The position numbers were made by a program, and so were the translations under genes. This document shows positions 25,502 through 35,291 of a stretch of 64,000 nucleotides of DNA, piece after piece (position 1 is the stretch's first letter; each line of letters begins with the position of its first letter). Source of the DNA: an uncultured bacterium (GTDB lineage: Bacteria > Patescibacteriota > Minisyncoccia > Phycocordibacterales > PALSA-1337); NCBI GenBank assembly GCA_963851055.1, contig CAWKMY010000006.1, positions 78,965-142,964 of the forward strand, in the 5' to 3' direction. The notes beneath the pieces are model-generated. The model was not told the DNA's origin. It was given only the letters and a program-made list of their open reading frames with translations, and did no database searches.

Positions 25502-26857
25502 ATGGATGAGAATAAAAAGCCCGGGGGAGAGGAGCCGTTATTTGCCTTCAAAGGCCACGACATAAGGTCGGGTAAAAAAGAAGAGATACCGGTAGTACCT
25601 GCGGCACAACCTCAAAAGCTCACTGAAGCAGTGGAGGTGATAATCCCGCCGAAACTTTCGACGCCTAACACGACACTGATCGAGCCAGTACCACCACGTC
25701 CTCAAGTCCAGACTGTTCCGAATCCCATACCAAAACCAGTTATTAAACCTGTAGTCAAACCGGTTCCAACACCGCCTGTCATAAAAACTATAAGCACAGC
25801 CACGGCTCCGAACGCGCCGTCGCACGTGGGCGAAGAGGGGTTGAGGCCTTTGCGGACATATGAAGGCGATGTGGCTGAAGTCTTAGCCCACAAGAGAACT
25901 TCTACCGCCTCTATCGCCATAGCTGAAAGCCAAAAAAATACCGGTGAAGATAAGATTGGTGAAAGCGATGAACATTCTCATGTCGGCAAAAAGATAGCCA
26001 TAACCGTCATAAGCCTGATCCTCATCGCCACCGGCCTAGTCGGCGCGTATTATCTTTACAGCATAAGCCCATTAGCCCCGACGCCGCGGAGTACGCCGCA
26101 GCCCCAAGTTGCTCCGTCTATCGTGACCTCTGATAGCCAAGTAGCTATACCGATAGATAATATGCGTCCGAACGACATAATAGCCGCGGTCAGAAAGGAA
26201 ATAGCCAAACAGCAAACAGCGAACACTATTAAGGAGATCATTCTAGTAGAGACCAAGAACAGTCAGCATTTCCGAGTAGCCGGACAGGATATGGCAAATA
26301 TCATGGACACTGGAGCGCCTGACATACTGGCACGATCTCTTTCTGACAGTTGGATGTTGGGAGAATACGCCGATGCAAATGGCGTAAAGACTGTATTCGT
26401 TATAGCTAGCATCGATTATTTCCAGAATGCCTTCGCCGGCATGCTCCAGTGGGAATCAACTATGGCTGACGACCTAAAACAATATTTGTATGCCAGTTCG
26501 CCGGCTGATATCGCTTTGGGTTCACTTGTGGAACCGACACTTTTGGCGACCGCCGCTTCAGGTACATCCGCGTTAGCGACAACCTCGACTTCGACCACAT
26601 CGACAACGATCGCCTCCTCAACGGCAACTTCAACATCGGTTCCCCCAGCAATAACCAATCAACCTTATGTGGTGCTTCGCGGCTCATTCATAGACAGGAT
26701 CATCGGCAATAAGGATGTACGTGAGTTCGTGACGAGCGATGGGAAGGCGCTTTTCCTGTATTCATTCATAGACAATACTCATCTGGTTATAACAGGTTCC
26801 GAGGCGACTCTTTCAGCCATTTTGAACCGACTTGAACAACAAGCGTTTGTGCGCTAG
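25502..26857 (+). CDS. hypothetical membrane-anchored protein, Pro-rich N-terminal region
   Basis: 451-aa ORF. TM helix IAITVISLILIATGLVGAYYLY. No family recognised. Confidence 0.55.
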   Translation: MDENKKPGGEEPLFAFKGHDIRSGKKEEIPVVPAAQPQKLTEAVEVIIPPKLSTPNTTLIEPVPPRPQVQTVPNPIPKPVIKPVVKPVPTPPVIKTISTATAPNAPSHVGEEGLRPLRTYEGDVAEVLAHKRTSTASIAIAESQKNTGEDKIGESDEHSHVGKKIAITVISLILIATGLVGAYYLYSISPLAPTPRSTPQPQVAPSIVTSDSQVAIPIDNMRPNDIIAAVRKEIAKQQTANTIKEIILVETKNSQHFRVAGQDMANIMDTGAPDILARSLSDSWMLGEYADANGVKTVFVIASIDYFQNAFAGMLQWESTMADDLKQYLYASSPADIALGSLVEPTLLATAASGTSALATTSTSTTSTTIASSTATSTSVPPAITNQPYVVLRGSFIDRIIGNKDVREFVTSDGKALFLYSFIDNTHLVITGSEATLSAILNRLEQQAFVR

Positions 26858-26869
26858 AATTGCGCCACA

Positions 26870-27232
26870 ATGAATACCCGAGACAGCGAACAATTCAAAA
26901 AGAAGCTACTGGCAGAACAGGCTAGGTTGGAAGAAGAGCTGGGCGGCATAGGCCAGAAGAATCCCCAGAGTGCCGGCGGATGGGAGGCTACGACCGGAGG
27001 TATGGAAGTAGACTCCGCTGATGACAATGAGGTAGCCGACAAATTCGAAGAATTGGAGGAAAACACAGGTATAGTCAGCAAGCTTGACGGCCAACTAGGC
27101 GAAGTCAAGGCCGCTCTGGAGCGTATAGAGAAAGGCACTTACGGTTTGTGCGAGAAATGCGGCAAACCTATAGAAAAAGATCGGCTCGAAGCCAATCCTA
27201 GCGCGCGAATATCCATAAAACACGGACATTAG
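26870..27232 (+). CDS. DksA/TraR-family zinc-finger-like protein (second Cys pair degenerate)
   Basis: Coiled-coil N-terminus, GTYGLCEKCGKPIEKDRLEANPSARISIKH. Confidence 0.65.
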   Translation: MNTRDSEQFKKKLLAEQARLEEELGGIGQKNPQSAGGWEATTGGMEVDSADDNEVADKFEELEENTGIVSKLDGQLGEVKAALERIEKGTYGLCEKCGKPIEKDRLEANPSARISIKHGH

Positions 27233-27321
27233 TGTTTCTTAGGCGAATTTTGAGCGAAAATTAGGCGTTTTTTGATTTCTTTTTGAGCGTTTCTTTATCT
27301 CGGTCTGATAAGCTTGCGTCC

Positions 27322-28848
27322 ATGAGCATAGCAGAAGCATACAGCGCCCACTTGGCGGCCTTGGAAGCCGAGATAGTTACCGTGGAGGTAGATATATCCA
27401 ACGGCCTTCACGCCTTTTCCGTCGTCGGGCTTGGCGACAGGGCAGTAGAAGAAGCCAAAGACCGCATATCAGCGGCTATTAAAAATACGGGCTACATCTC
27501 TCCAAAACAGAAAAATCAAAAAGTGGTCATATCTCTGGCTCCGGCGGACGTGCGCAAGGAAGGTCCGGCATTCGACTTGGCGATGGCCATGGCCTATCTG
27601 TCCGCCGCCGGCGACCTCGATCTCGAGCATGAAGGAAAGCTTTTCCTAGGAGAATTGTCGCTCGACGGCAGCATCAGAAAAGTCAGCGGCCTGTTGCCCA
27701 TACTCGTCCAAGCCGCGGCACGCGGCTTTACCACGGCATTCGTACCTAAAGACAATGCCGCCGAAGCGTGGTTGGCACGAGACATCATCGTATACGCAGT
27801 TTCTTCATTGCGAGAAGTCATTGATCATCTATCCAGGAAAAATCCATTGGAAGCGCTAAGCTCTCGCGCCGTGATCAAAGATAAAGAAGTTGAAATAGGC
27901 CAGGATATGTCCGCTGTGAGAGGTAATGAGACTGCCAAACGAGCTCTGGAGATAGCGGCGGCCGGAGCCCACAATATTATCCTCTATGGTCCGCCTGGCA
28001 CCGGCAAAACTATGCTGGCCCAGAGTTTTGCCTCCATACTGCCACCTTTGACATACGAACAATCCGTCGAAGTCACGAGTATACATTCGGCGACAAGAGC
28101 CTTGATCGAAGGGTTAGTAATACGTCCACCGTTTCGATCGCCGCATCATACGGCGTCAGCCGTATCTATACTAGGCGGCGGAAATAATCCGCATTGCGGT
28201 GAGATCACTCTAGCCCATCGTGGCGTGCTTTTCCTGGACGAATTCGCCGAATTCGACAGAGAAGTCATAGAAGCTCTGCGTCAACCATTGGAAGACCGCT
28301 CCATCACTGTGGCCAGAGCCAAGGGCTCGGTGACTTTTCCTGCGCAATGCATCCTCATAGCATCCATGAACCCGTGTCGTTGTGGCAAAGGCAAGGATGG
28401 TGGTTGCGTATGTCCGACCCAAGTCCGCCAAGCATACGGACGGAGAATATCTGCTCCTGTTTTGGACAGAATAGATCTGTGGATCAATGTGAATAAAATA
28501 GATTATGATAAATTGGCGGCGACGGAGCCGTCCGGAGAGGGGTCGGCGGCCATCCGCGCGCGGGTAGTGGTGGCGCGAGAGGTACAGGCGGAGCGATTCC
28601 GGAAAAGTCTATGCCGGAAAAAGTACTTCAATAGCGAAATGTCCGCCGAGGACATAGAGAATATCGCCAAACTAAAAGATGAGGCGCGAGCAGCCTTGCG
28701 CATGTCGGCGGAAAGATTCGGTCTTTCCGGCAGAGCATTCCATCGTGTCATCAAAGTAGGGCGCACTATCGCCGACTTGGCCGGCGCAGAGTATATAGAT
28801 AAAAAGCACATCCTAGAAGCTCTACAGTACAGACAAAAGATGTCTTAG
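27322..28848 (+). CDS. comM: YifB/ComM-family Mg-chelatase-like ATPase
   Basis: Lon-like N-terminal domain, Walker A LYGPPGTGKTML, GVLFLDEFAEF, C-terminal ChlI domain. Confidence 0.9.
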   Translation: MSIAEAYSAHLAALEAEIVTVEVDISNGLHAFSVVGLGDRAVEEAKDRISAAIKNTGYISPKQKNQKVVISLAPADVRKEGPAFDLAMAMAYLSAAGDLDLEHEGKLFLGELSLDGSIRKVSGLLPILVQAAARGFTTAFVPKDNAAEAWLARDIIVYAVSSLREVIDHLSRKNPLEALSSRAVIKDKEVEIGQDMSAVRGNETAKRALEIAAAGAHNIILYGPPGTGKTMLAQSFASILPPLTYEQSVEVTSIHSATRALIEGLVIRPPFRSPHHTASAVSILGGGNNPHCGEITLAHRGVLFLDEFAEFDREVIEALRQPLEDRSITVARAKGSVTFPAQCILIASMNPCRCGKGKDGGCVCPTQVRQAYGRRISAPVLDRIDLWINVNKIDYDKLAATEPSGEGSAAIRARVVVAREVQAERFRKSLCRKKYFNSEMSAEDIENIAKLKDEARAALRMSAERFGLSGRAFHRVIKVGRTIADLAGAEYIDKKHILEALQYRQKMS

Positions 28849-28856
28849 TAGATGCC

Positions 28857-30026
28857 TTAGTGGTAGTACAAACAAGGATTCTGCGCGCCTCGAACCTCGA
28901 AGTGGACGTGCGGTCCGGTAGTCAGGCCCGTCATGCCCACATATCCTATAAGTTGGCCCTGCGAGACATTATCGCCGAGAGATACCAAGCCTTTTGATTT
29001 GGCTTGCATATGAGCATACAGGGTCTGGGTGCCATTAGGATGGCTCAAGACTATGTAATTGCCGTAGCCGCCATTCCATCCGTTGTTCATCTTATCTATG
29101 ATGACGGTTCCGTCTGCGGCGGCGCGGATGGAGGTACCGAGAGGAGCGGCCAAGTCCACGGCGTCATGGCTGTGAAGACCCTGACTCAAATGTCCGACAC
29201 CCGGAGCGATAGGGCAAGAATAATATCCTGGATACGAAGGCCAATTGGTTATATTATCTAGTTCTAATTCAAATGCATTTGCGAAAAGACGCGGATACTT
29301 GGTGGAGTTTGAAGATTTCTGGCTTCCGGCTGATGAAGGGACTTGGACAAAATCCGTCGCTAAAGGTTCCGCATCCGGGATCATGATAGTGGTTCCGATG
29401 GAAAGTGAAGTCGAAGCTATGTCGTTGTAATTGAGAATGTCATTAACATCAGCCTGATATCTTTTGGCAATGCTTCCCAGAGTGTCACCCTTCTTTACCG
29501 TATAAATGATACCCGAGCGTGGGAGGATAGACAGAATCTGGCCTGGATGGAGGGTCGAGCTAGTCAGGCCGTTCGCCTGCTTTATGGTGGCCTGCGATAT
29601 ATCGAACATCTTGGATATGCTGGATATGGTGTCGTCGGGCTGGACCACATAAACTCCTATATCCGTGTTCACTGACAAGCTCGTAGTTCCATTGGCTGAA
29701 GCTATCTCCGGAACAAGTGTATTGTCGTCTATGGGCGGCACTTGGGAGACATCCTCCGGATGCGGATTGGAAGGGGCTTGAAGATAATCATTATCCGAGC
29801 TGGTAGACAAGCCAGACACAGGTGCGTTCGCTGAAGCCAGACTGGTACTGATGATATTGTCCACGAATGAAAACAGGCCGCTCTGCCATCCGCCAGCTGG
29901 CGGAGGCGATACGGTCTGTGAATATATCAGAAATGTCCCCAAGACTAGAGCAAAAATGCCGATCCAAGACGCAATGCGCCTAGAAAAAGCAGTGTAGTCT
30001 TTTCTCTTATGAGTTTTTTGTGTCAT
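28857..30026 (-). CDS. LysM-domain M23 metallopeptidase (murein hydrolase)
   Basis: Two LysM repeats (YVVQPDDTISSISKMF, YTVKKGDTLGSIAKRY). M23 motifs HDAVDLAAP and GPHVHFEV. Confidence 0.92.
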   Translation of the reverse strand: MTQKTHKRKDYTAFSRRIASWIGIFALVLGTFLIYSQTVSPPPAGGWQSGLFSFVDNIISTSLASANAPVSGLSTSSDNDYLQAPSNPHPEDVSQVPPIDDNTLVPEIASANGTTSLSVNTDIGVYVVQPDDTISSISKMFDISQATIKQANGLTSSTLHPGQILSILPRSGIIYTVKKGDTLGSIAKRYQADVNDILNYNDIASTSLSIGTTIMIPDAEPLATDFVQVPSSAGSQKSSNSTKYPRLFANAFELELDNITNWPSYPGYYSCPIAPGVGHLSQGLHSHDAVDLAAPLGTSIRAAADGTVIIDKMNNGWNGGYGNYIVLSHPNGTQTLYAHMQAKSKGLVSLGDNVSQGQLIGYVGMTGLTTGPHVHFEVRGAQNPCLYYH

Positions 30027-30205
30027 ACGACCCTATAATAATAAACGGCTCTATTGAGCCACATCTGCCCATTTATTCGCCTCGATGCATACTTAGGGTA
30101 TCAGGTAGGGCTGGTATGTCAATGAAAGCTATACACAGCAATAAATATTGCTGTAATGTCAATAAGTGTGACAAAATTTCAAAACATCTATGCTAGTATG
30201 GGCGA

Positions 30206-32287
30206 ATGATAGAAATAAACTCTGGACAAAGACTAAACACCGAACAAGAACGGGCCATAAACACGACCGATGGGCCTTTACTCATCATCGCAGGCGCCGG
30301 TTCAGGCAAGACCAAGGTCATCACGCACCGTATATTAAATCTGATCAAGAAAGGGGTGGCTCCGCACTCTATTTTGGCTATAACTTTCACAAATAAAGCG
30401 GCAAAAGAGATGCGCGAAAGAGTGGAGAAGCTGCTTGAAGAAGATAAAACCTTGAATCTGCCTATTTCCATGCGCGAAAGACCATTCGTCAGCACTTTCC
30501 ACGCTTTGGGCGTGCATATCATTCGAGAGAACGCGGGACTGCTCGGTCTCACTAGGCATTTCAGCATATACGACCGCTCTGATTCACGTCGAGCCATCAA
30601 GGAAGCAATGTTGCAATGTTCGGTAGACCCAAAAGCTTTTGAGCCGACGGTTATACTCAATAAAATATCGCGAGCGAAGGGTGATGGCATGAGTAGATTG
30701 GAATACATTGAAAATACAGCCGGAAAAAACACAAGAAACAGTCGCGGAAAAGACGACGGCTTCATCGAAGAGATAGTCGCCAATGTATGGGAGAAATATG
30801 AAGCTATTTTGACCAAGGAGAAAGCTTTGGATTTCGATGATTTACTTCTAAAGACAGCGCAGCTCCTTGAAAAACATTCCGTGGTGCGCGCCCATTATCA
30901 TGCTGTCTGGAGGTACATACACATAGACGAGTATCAGGACACGAACCGCGTTCAATACAAGATCGCAAGACTGTTGGCGGAGAAACCCCTTCCGAGTCCG
31001 GATGAGGATACCCCGCGAGCCGGCCCCAACATCTGCGTCGTCGGCGACGCTGACCAAAATATCTACTCATGGCGAGGCGCGACCATAGAAAATATCCTCA
31101 ATTTCGAGAAAGACTATCCGGATGCGCAGATTATCGCCTTGGAAATGAATTATCGATCGACCAAAACCATCATCGCCGCAGCCAATGACATCATAGAGAA
31201 AAATGTCATACGCAAGAAGAAAACTTTACGCACGGATAACGCAGACGGAGAAAAGATAACCATCATAGCTTCGTATTCCGAAGACAATGAGGCGCAAGCT
31301 ATAGCCGACGAGGCTCGAAAGCTCATAGCCGATGGCGTCTCGCCGCGCGAGATCGCCGTATTGTATCGGGCGAATTTTCAATCACGGGCATTGGAAGAAT
31401 CATTCATAAAGAAAAATATACCGTATCAATTGGTAGGCGTGCGATTTTTCGAGAGAAAGGAGATCAAGGATGTCTTGTCCTATATACGAGCCGCATTGAA
31501 CTGGAAAGCCGGTGCCGGGAATGAAGGCGGCGCGGAAATCGAAGGTGGTTGGGGTGATATTGCCAGAATAATAAACATTCCGCCTAGAGGAATAGGCAAA
31601 GTGACGGTGGCGAAAATATTATCGGGCAAGGAAAGCGAACTTCCGGCTGCCATGAAAGAAAAATTGAATGGGTTTTGGAAGTTGCTCCGCGATATACAAC
31701 GCGAGTTGATGGAAAAGAAGCCGTCAGAAGCCGTGAAATTCGTCATCCAAGAGACCGGTATCGAAAACATGCTCCGCCCTAGATCTGATGGCGGCCAAGG
31801 AGACCTTGAAGACGAGGAACGATTGCTCAATGTGCGGGAATTGGTATCGGTCGCCGCGCAATACGATCACATGAAGCCTGAAGAGGGTATCGAGACTTTT
31901 CTTGCTAACGCTGCTCTGGCTAGCGATCAGGATGATCTAGAGAAAGACAAAAACGCCGTCAAACTTATGACTGTTCATGCTTCGAAGGGATTGGAATTTG
32001 AATATGTATTCGTGGCAGGACTCGAGGAAGATCTATTCCCATTCAAACATATGGACAAAGATGGAATGAGCCAGGCCGAGGAAGAGGAGGAGCGTAGGCT
32101 ATTCTATGTCGCTATCACTCGCGCAAAGAAGAAATTGTACTTGAGTTATACCATTATAAGGACCATCTATGGCGCTCAACGCATAAGCACACCGTCATCA
32201 TTCATCTCTGATATAGATCCGGAGCTCATAGATGATCATAAACCGGAAAAACCTAGCGGGGCGAAAGCGATTTTCATAGATTTTTAA
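30206..32287 (+). CDS. pcrA: ATP-dependent DNA helicase PcrA/UvrD
   Basis: AGAGSGKTKVITHR, HIDEYQDTN, VGDADQNIYSWRGA, TVHASKGLEF. TGcTAGTAT lies 6 nt from the ATG. Confidence 0.95.
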   Translation: MIEINSGQRLNTEQERAINTTDGPLLIIAGAGSGKTKVITHRILNLIKKGVAPHSILAITFTNKAAKEMRERVEKLLEEDKTLNLPISMRERPFVSTFHALGVHIIRENAGLLGLTRHFSIYDRSDSRRAIKEAMLQCSVDPKAFEPTVILNKISRAKGDGMSRLEYIENTAGKNTRNSRGKDDGFIEEIVANVWEKYEAILTKEKALDFDDLLLKTAQLLEKHSVVRAHYHAVWRYIHIDEYQDTNRVQYKIARLLAEKPLPSPDEDTPRAGPNICVVGDADQNIYSWRGATIENILNFEKDYPDAQIIALEMNYRSTKTIIAAANDIIEKNVIRKKKTLRTDNADGEKITIIASYSEDNEAQAIADEARKLIADGVSPREIAVLYRANFQSRALEESFIKKNIPYQLVGVRFFERKEIKDVLSYIRAALNWKAGAGNEGGAEIEGGWGDIARIINIPPRGIGKVTVAKILSGKESELPAAMKEKLNGFWKLLRDIQRELMEKKPSEAVKFVIQETGIENMLRPRSDGGQGDLEDEERLLNVRELVSVAAQYDHMKPEEGIETFLANAALASDQDDLEKDKNAVKLMTVHASKGLEFEYVFVAGLEEDLFPFKHMDKDGMSQAEEEEERRLFYVAITRAKKKLYLSYTIIRTIYGAQRISTPSSFISDIDPELIDDHKPEKPSGAKAIFIDF

Positions 32288-32315
32288 TAAATAGACATTA
32301 TGGTAGGGTAAGCTC

Positions 32316-33188
32316 ATGAAACTTCAGCCGAAAAAATCTCTTGGACAACATTTCCTGAATTCTCCGCACGTGTTGGAGCAGATCATCGGCGCGGCCAATA
32401 TTAAAACTGGTGAAAATGTGCTGGAAATAGGCCCGGGAACCGGAATATTGACTTTGGGCTTGCTCGATGCCAGCGCCAAAGTCATTGCCGTAGAAAAAGA
32501 CGATCGCGCATATGAGCTTCTTCAGGAAAAATTCTCAAAAGAGATCGCTAACGAACAATTGAAATTGATTCATGGAGACATCTTGGACTCGAAAGTATTC
32601 GAATACCGGCCCGATCCGCATGCCAATGAATCGAGTTCGATACTTGCAACCCCCTATTCGCTCGTCGCCAACATCCCTTATTACATAACCGGCGCTATCC
32701 TAGAAAAATTCCTGGAAAATGAGCCGAGGCCTAGCAGGATGGTGCTTCTCGTCCAAAAAGAGGTAGCCGAAAGGATAGTGGCGCGGCCACCAGATAGGAA
32801 AAAGCTCGACGGCACAAGGAACGACCATGGAAAAGAAAGCATCCTGTCAATCTCAGTAAAGGCTTTCGGCATACCAAAGATAATAGCCAAAGTTCCTCGC
32901 GGAGCTTTCACGCCTCCGCCAACGGTAGATTCGGCCATTCTTTCTATTGAGAATATTTCGGGAGCCAATTTCCAAAACCACATACATATAAAGAAATTCT
33001 TCGAGATAGTCCGCGCCGGATTCGCTCACAAGAGAAAATTCCTGATCAGAAATCTTGAGGCTGTTGCTGCAAGAGAAGATCTTGCGGGTATATGGAATGA
33101 ACTTGATTTGGATGAAAAAGTCAGAGCAGAAGACTTAACTATAGAACAATGGATCGGAATCACCGAGCCGCTATTGGAAAAGTCTTAA
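32316..33188 (+). CDS. rsmA: 16S rRNA (adenine1518/1519-N6)-dimethyltransferase
   Basis: KSLGQHFL..., EIGPGTGILT, ANIPYYIT. Confidence 0.93.
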   Translation: MKLQPKKSLGQHFLNSPHVLEQIIGAANIKTGENVLEIGPGTGILTLGLLDASAKVIAVEKDDRAYELLQEKFSKEIANEQLKLIHGDILDSKVFEYRPDPHANESSSILATPYSLVANIPYYITGAILEKFLENEPRPSRMVLLVQKEVAERIVARPPDRKKLDGTRNDHGKESILSISVKAFGIPKIIAKVPRGAFTPPPTVDSAILSIENISGANFQNHIHIKKFFEIVRAGFAHKRKFLIRNLEAVAAREDLAGIWNELDLDEKVRAEDLTIEQWIGITEPLLEKS

Positions 33189-33237
33189 CTTCAGCCACAT
33201 AAAATAATCTGATACAATATAACTCTTCATTCACCAT

Positions 33238-34365
33238 ATGAAACACGCGGATATTCAAAAACGACCGTCTATGTGGGCATGTGCCATTGATATCGGCCTA
33301 TATCTGACCTTAATCACGACCTTTTGCCTAGCCGGCAACATGGTTTATGCTCAAACAGTGGTACCATCCGATATGGTTTCTTCCGGATTTATTTTCCAGA
33401 AAAATCTCAGTTACGGCGAGCGCGCTTACCCGGACGTCAATCATCTACAATATTTTCTGGACCAAGACAGCAGAACCGCAGTCGCCAGTTCCGGCCCAGG
33501 GTCAATAGATGATGTCAGTTCATTTTTTGGAGAGAAAACCGCTGACGCTGTTTCAAGATTCCAATCTCTGTATCCTATGTATACTCTTGAACCGTTGGGT
33601 TTGTCCCAACCGACAGGATTCTTTGGAAATCTCAGCCGAGCAAAAGCCAATGAGATGCTAGCTTCCATGAGAACTGCCGCGAGCAACTCACCAAAGATAC
33701 AGAACGAATCTTCGACCACTGTCGATCAGACCGTTCGATCGAGCTCTTCCAGTTTCAATTCTCAAGACAATCTGGTCATAAGCCTCGTATCTGCCAAAGT
33801 AGACAAACAAATGAGAAATATCTCCGATAATTCCGTAAGACAGGGCATAAAAGACGGCATCTTGGCGAAACTCAAGAGCGAAATATTGAAGACGAAAATC
33901 CAAGCATTTTCAGACCCGTCGCAAGAATCCGGATGGGACCGCTTCGTTGGCCCTCTCAAGACAGCGTTCCTGGGAACTGTCGCTTACGCCGCACAAATTT
34001 CTGAACCATCCACAAAAATCGACTCCGTCTTAGCACAAGTCGGAGGCATGGGAGAAACCCCTTTTGGAGGCGAATATTTGTTCAGCGTTCAGTGTACGTG
34101 CGGAGACGACAATCTCAATTACATCTTGAATTATACTGATAACAACATGCTTTCGTTGCTTTATGAACCCGGACAATCTAAATTATTCGCCAATAACGAT
34201 GAATACGGCACTTACCAGGTCGGCACATATTCCCAAGCATCTCAAGAATGTGAGATCGAGGCCGGAGATGACTGTGTAGACATTGAACCAGATGGAATAT
34301 ACGGCAGTGAACCCGGCACGGGGACAAGTATGCTAAAAACTGACTCTGGTTTATGCATGAAATAA
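33238..34365 (+). CDS. secreted protein with putative peptidoglycan-binding (PG_binding_1-like) domain
   Basis: Signal/TM helix. VNHLQYFL...FFGEKTADAVSRFQ pattern. Cys-containing C-terminal domain. Confidence 0.55.
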   Translation: MKHADIQKRPSMWACAIDIGLYLTLITTFCLAGNMVYAQTVVPSDMVSSGFIFQKNLSYGERAYPDVNHLQYFLDQDSRTAVASSGPGSIDDVSSFFGEKTADAVSRFQSLYPMYTLEPLGLSQPTGFFGNLSRAKANEMLASMRTAASNSPKIQNESSTTVDQTVRSSSSSFNSQDNLVISLVSAKVDKQMRNISDNSVRQGIKDGILAKLKSEILKTKIQAFSDPSQESGWDRFVGPLKTAFLGTVAYAAQISEPSTKIDSVLAQVGGMGETPFGGEYLFSVQCTCGDDNLNYILNYTDNNMLSLLYEPGQSKLFANNDEYGTYQVGTYSQASQECEIEAGDDCVDIEPDGIYGSEPGTGTSMLKTDSGLCMK

Positions 34366-34429
34366 AAAGCTTCAGATGTTGATAACATGTCGCCGAAAAT
34401 AAGCCTTATAATGCTACAATACTGGCAGT

Positions 34430-35290
34430 ATGTCACACCCAGAAAGATCAACTGTGCTCATTTTTATGATCTGCGCGGTAGCGGTCGGCGGAGCCGCGTT
34501 TTATGCTTACAATGGATCGGATTCTGGCCAAACAAATGAGCCAAAACCGGTCACAGTATCCAATACGGATGCGCCAGTAGCCGCAACGGGAACAAGAGAG
34601 GACTGGCGCAGCCAATTCGCATCCGCCACTAGTAGCCAGTTGGCCGGTAAGACAGCGACAAAAACGCCAACTACACCGGACACTATCACAGCCACTCTCG
34701 GCATAGACATGATGGCGAAATTTGCCGACCTAAAGCAGGCCAATCTCCTCGGCAACAGCGACATTGTCAATCAGACCGTCAACAATATGCTCTCATCTGA
34801 CCTAAACTCCACTAAACCAAAGACTTATTCCGCTTCTGACCTTCATGTGACGGCTGCTACCGACTCCGGAAGCCTGACAGCCTTCGCCATCGCTCTGGCC
34901 AACCTGATAAATTCCTACGCCGCCACAGCCAGCGAATTCGCCATATTGCAAAATTATACCGCCAACAATGATTCCTCCGTGTTATCGGGAATCGATCCAG
35001 CCATAAAAGAGCAAAAAAGGATGTTGGCCGGACTATTGGCCATACCAGTGCCACAACTTCTTCTTCAGAATGACCTTGATCTCATAAACGGTATGAGCAC
35101 TCTCGAAGGAGCTAGCGAATCCATTCGGGTGACGGATTCCGATTCCGTCAGGGGACTCGTAGGATCAAGTATGCATGTCGACGGAGCAGAGCAGATAACC
35201 GACGCCTTATCCGCAATCAATAAGACTTTGGCGGTAGGCGGCATAACCTTCGGCCTGCATTGGGAAATACTCAATCTTTTGCTAAACTAA
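34430..35290 (+). CDS. membrane-anchored hypothetical protein
   Basis: N-terminal TM helix VLIFMICAVAVGGAAFYAY. TGcTACAAT lies 9 nt upstream of the ATG. Confidence 0.55.
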   Translation: MSHPERSTVLIFMICAVAVGGAAFYAYNGSDSGQTNEPKPVTVSNTDAPVAATGTREDWRSQFASATSSQLAGKTATKTPTTPDTITATLGIDMMAKFADLKQANLLGNSDIVNQTVNNMLSSDLNSTKPKTYSASDLHVTAATDSGSLTAFAIALANLINSYAATASEFAILQNYTANNDSSVLSGIDPAIKEQKRMLAGLLAIPVPQLLLQNDLDLINGMSTLEGASESIRVTDSDSVRGLVGSSMHVDGAEQITDALSAINKTLAVGGITFGLHWEILNLLLN

Positions 35291-35291
35291 T

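Noticed and set aside
27005-29360. Other CTGATGA occurrences (about 27008 and about 29331) as additional hammerheads
   Set aside because: No stem II hairpin followed by GAAA, and no paired stems I and III. Both lie inside coding regions.
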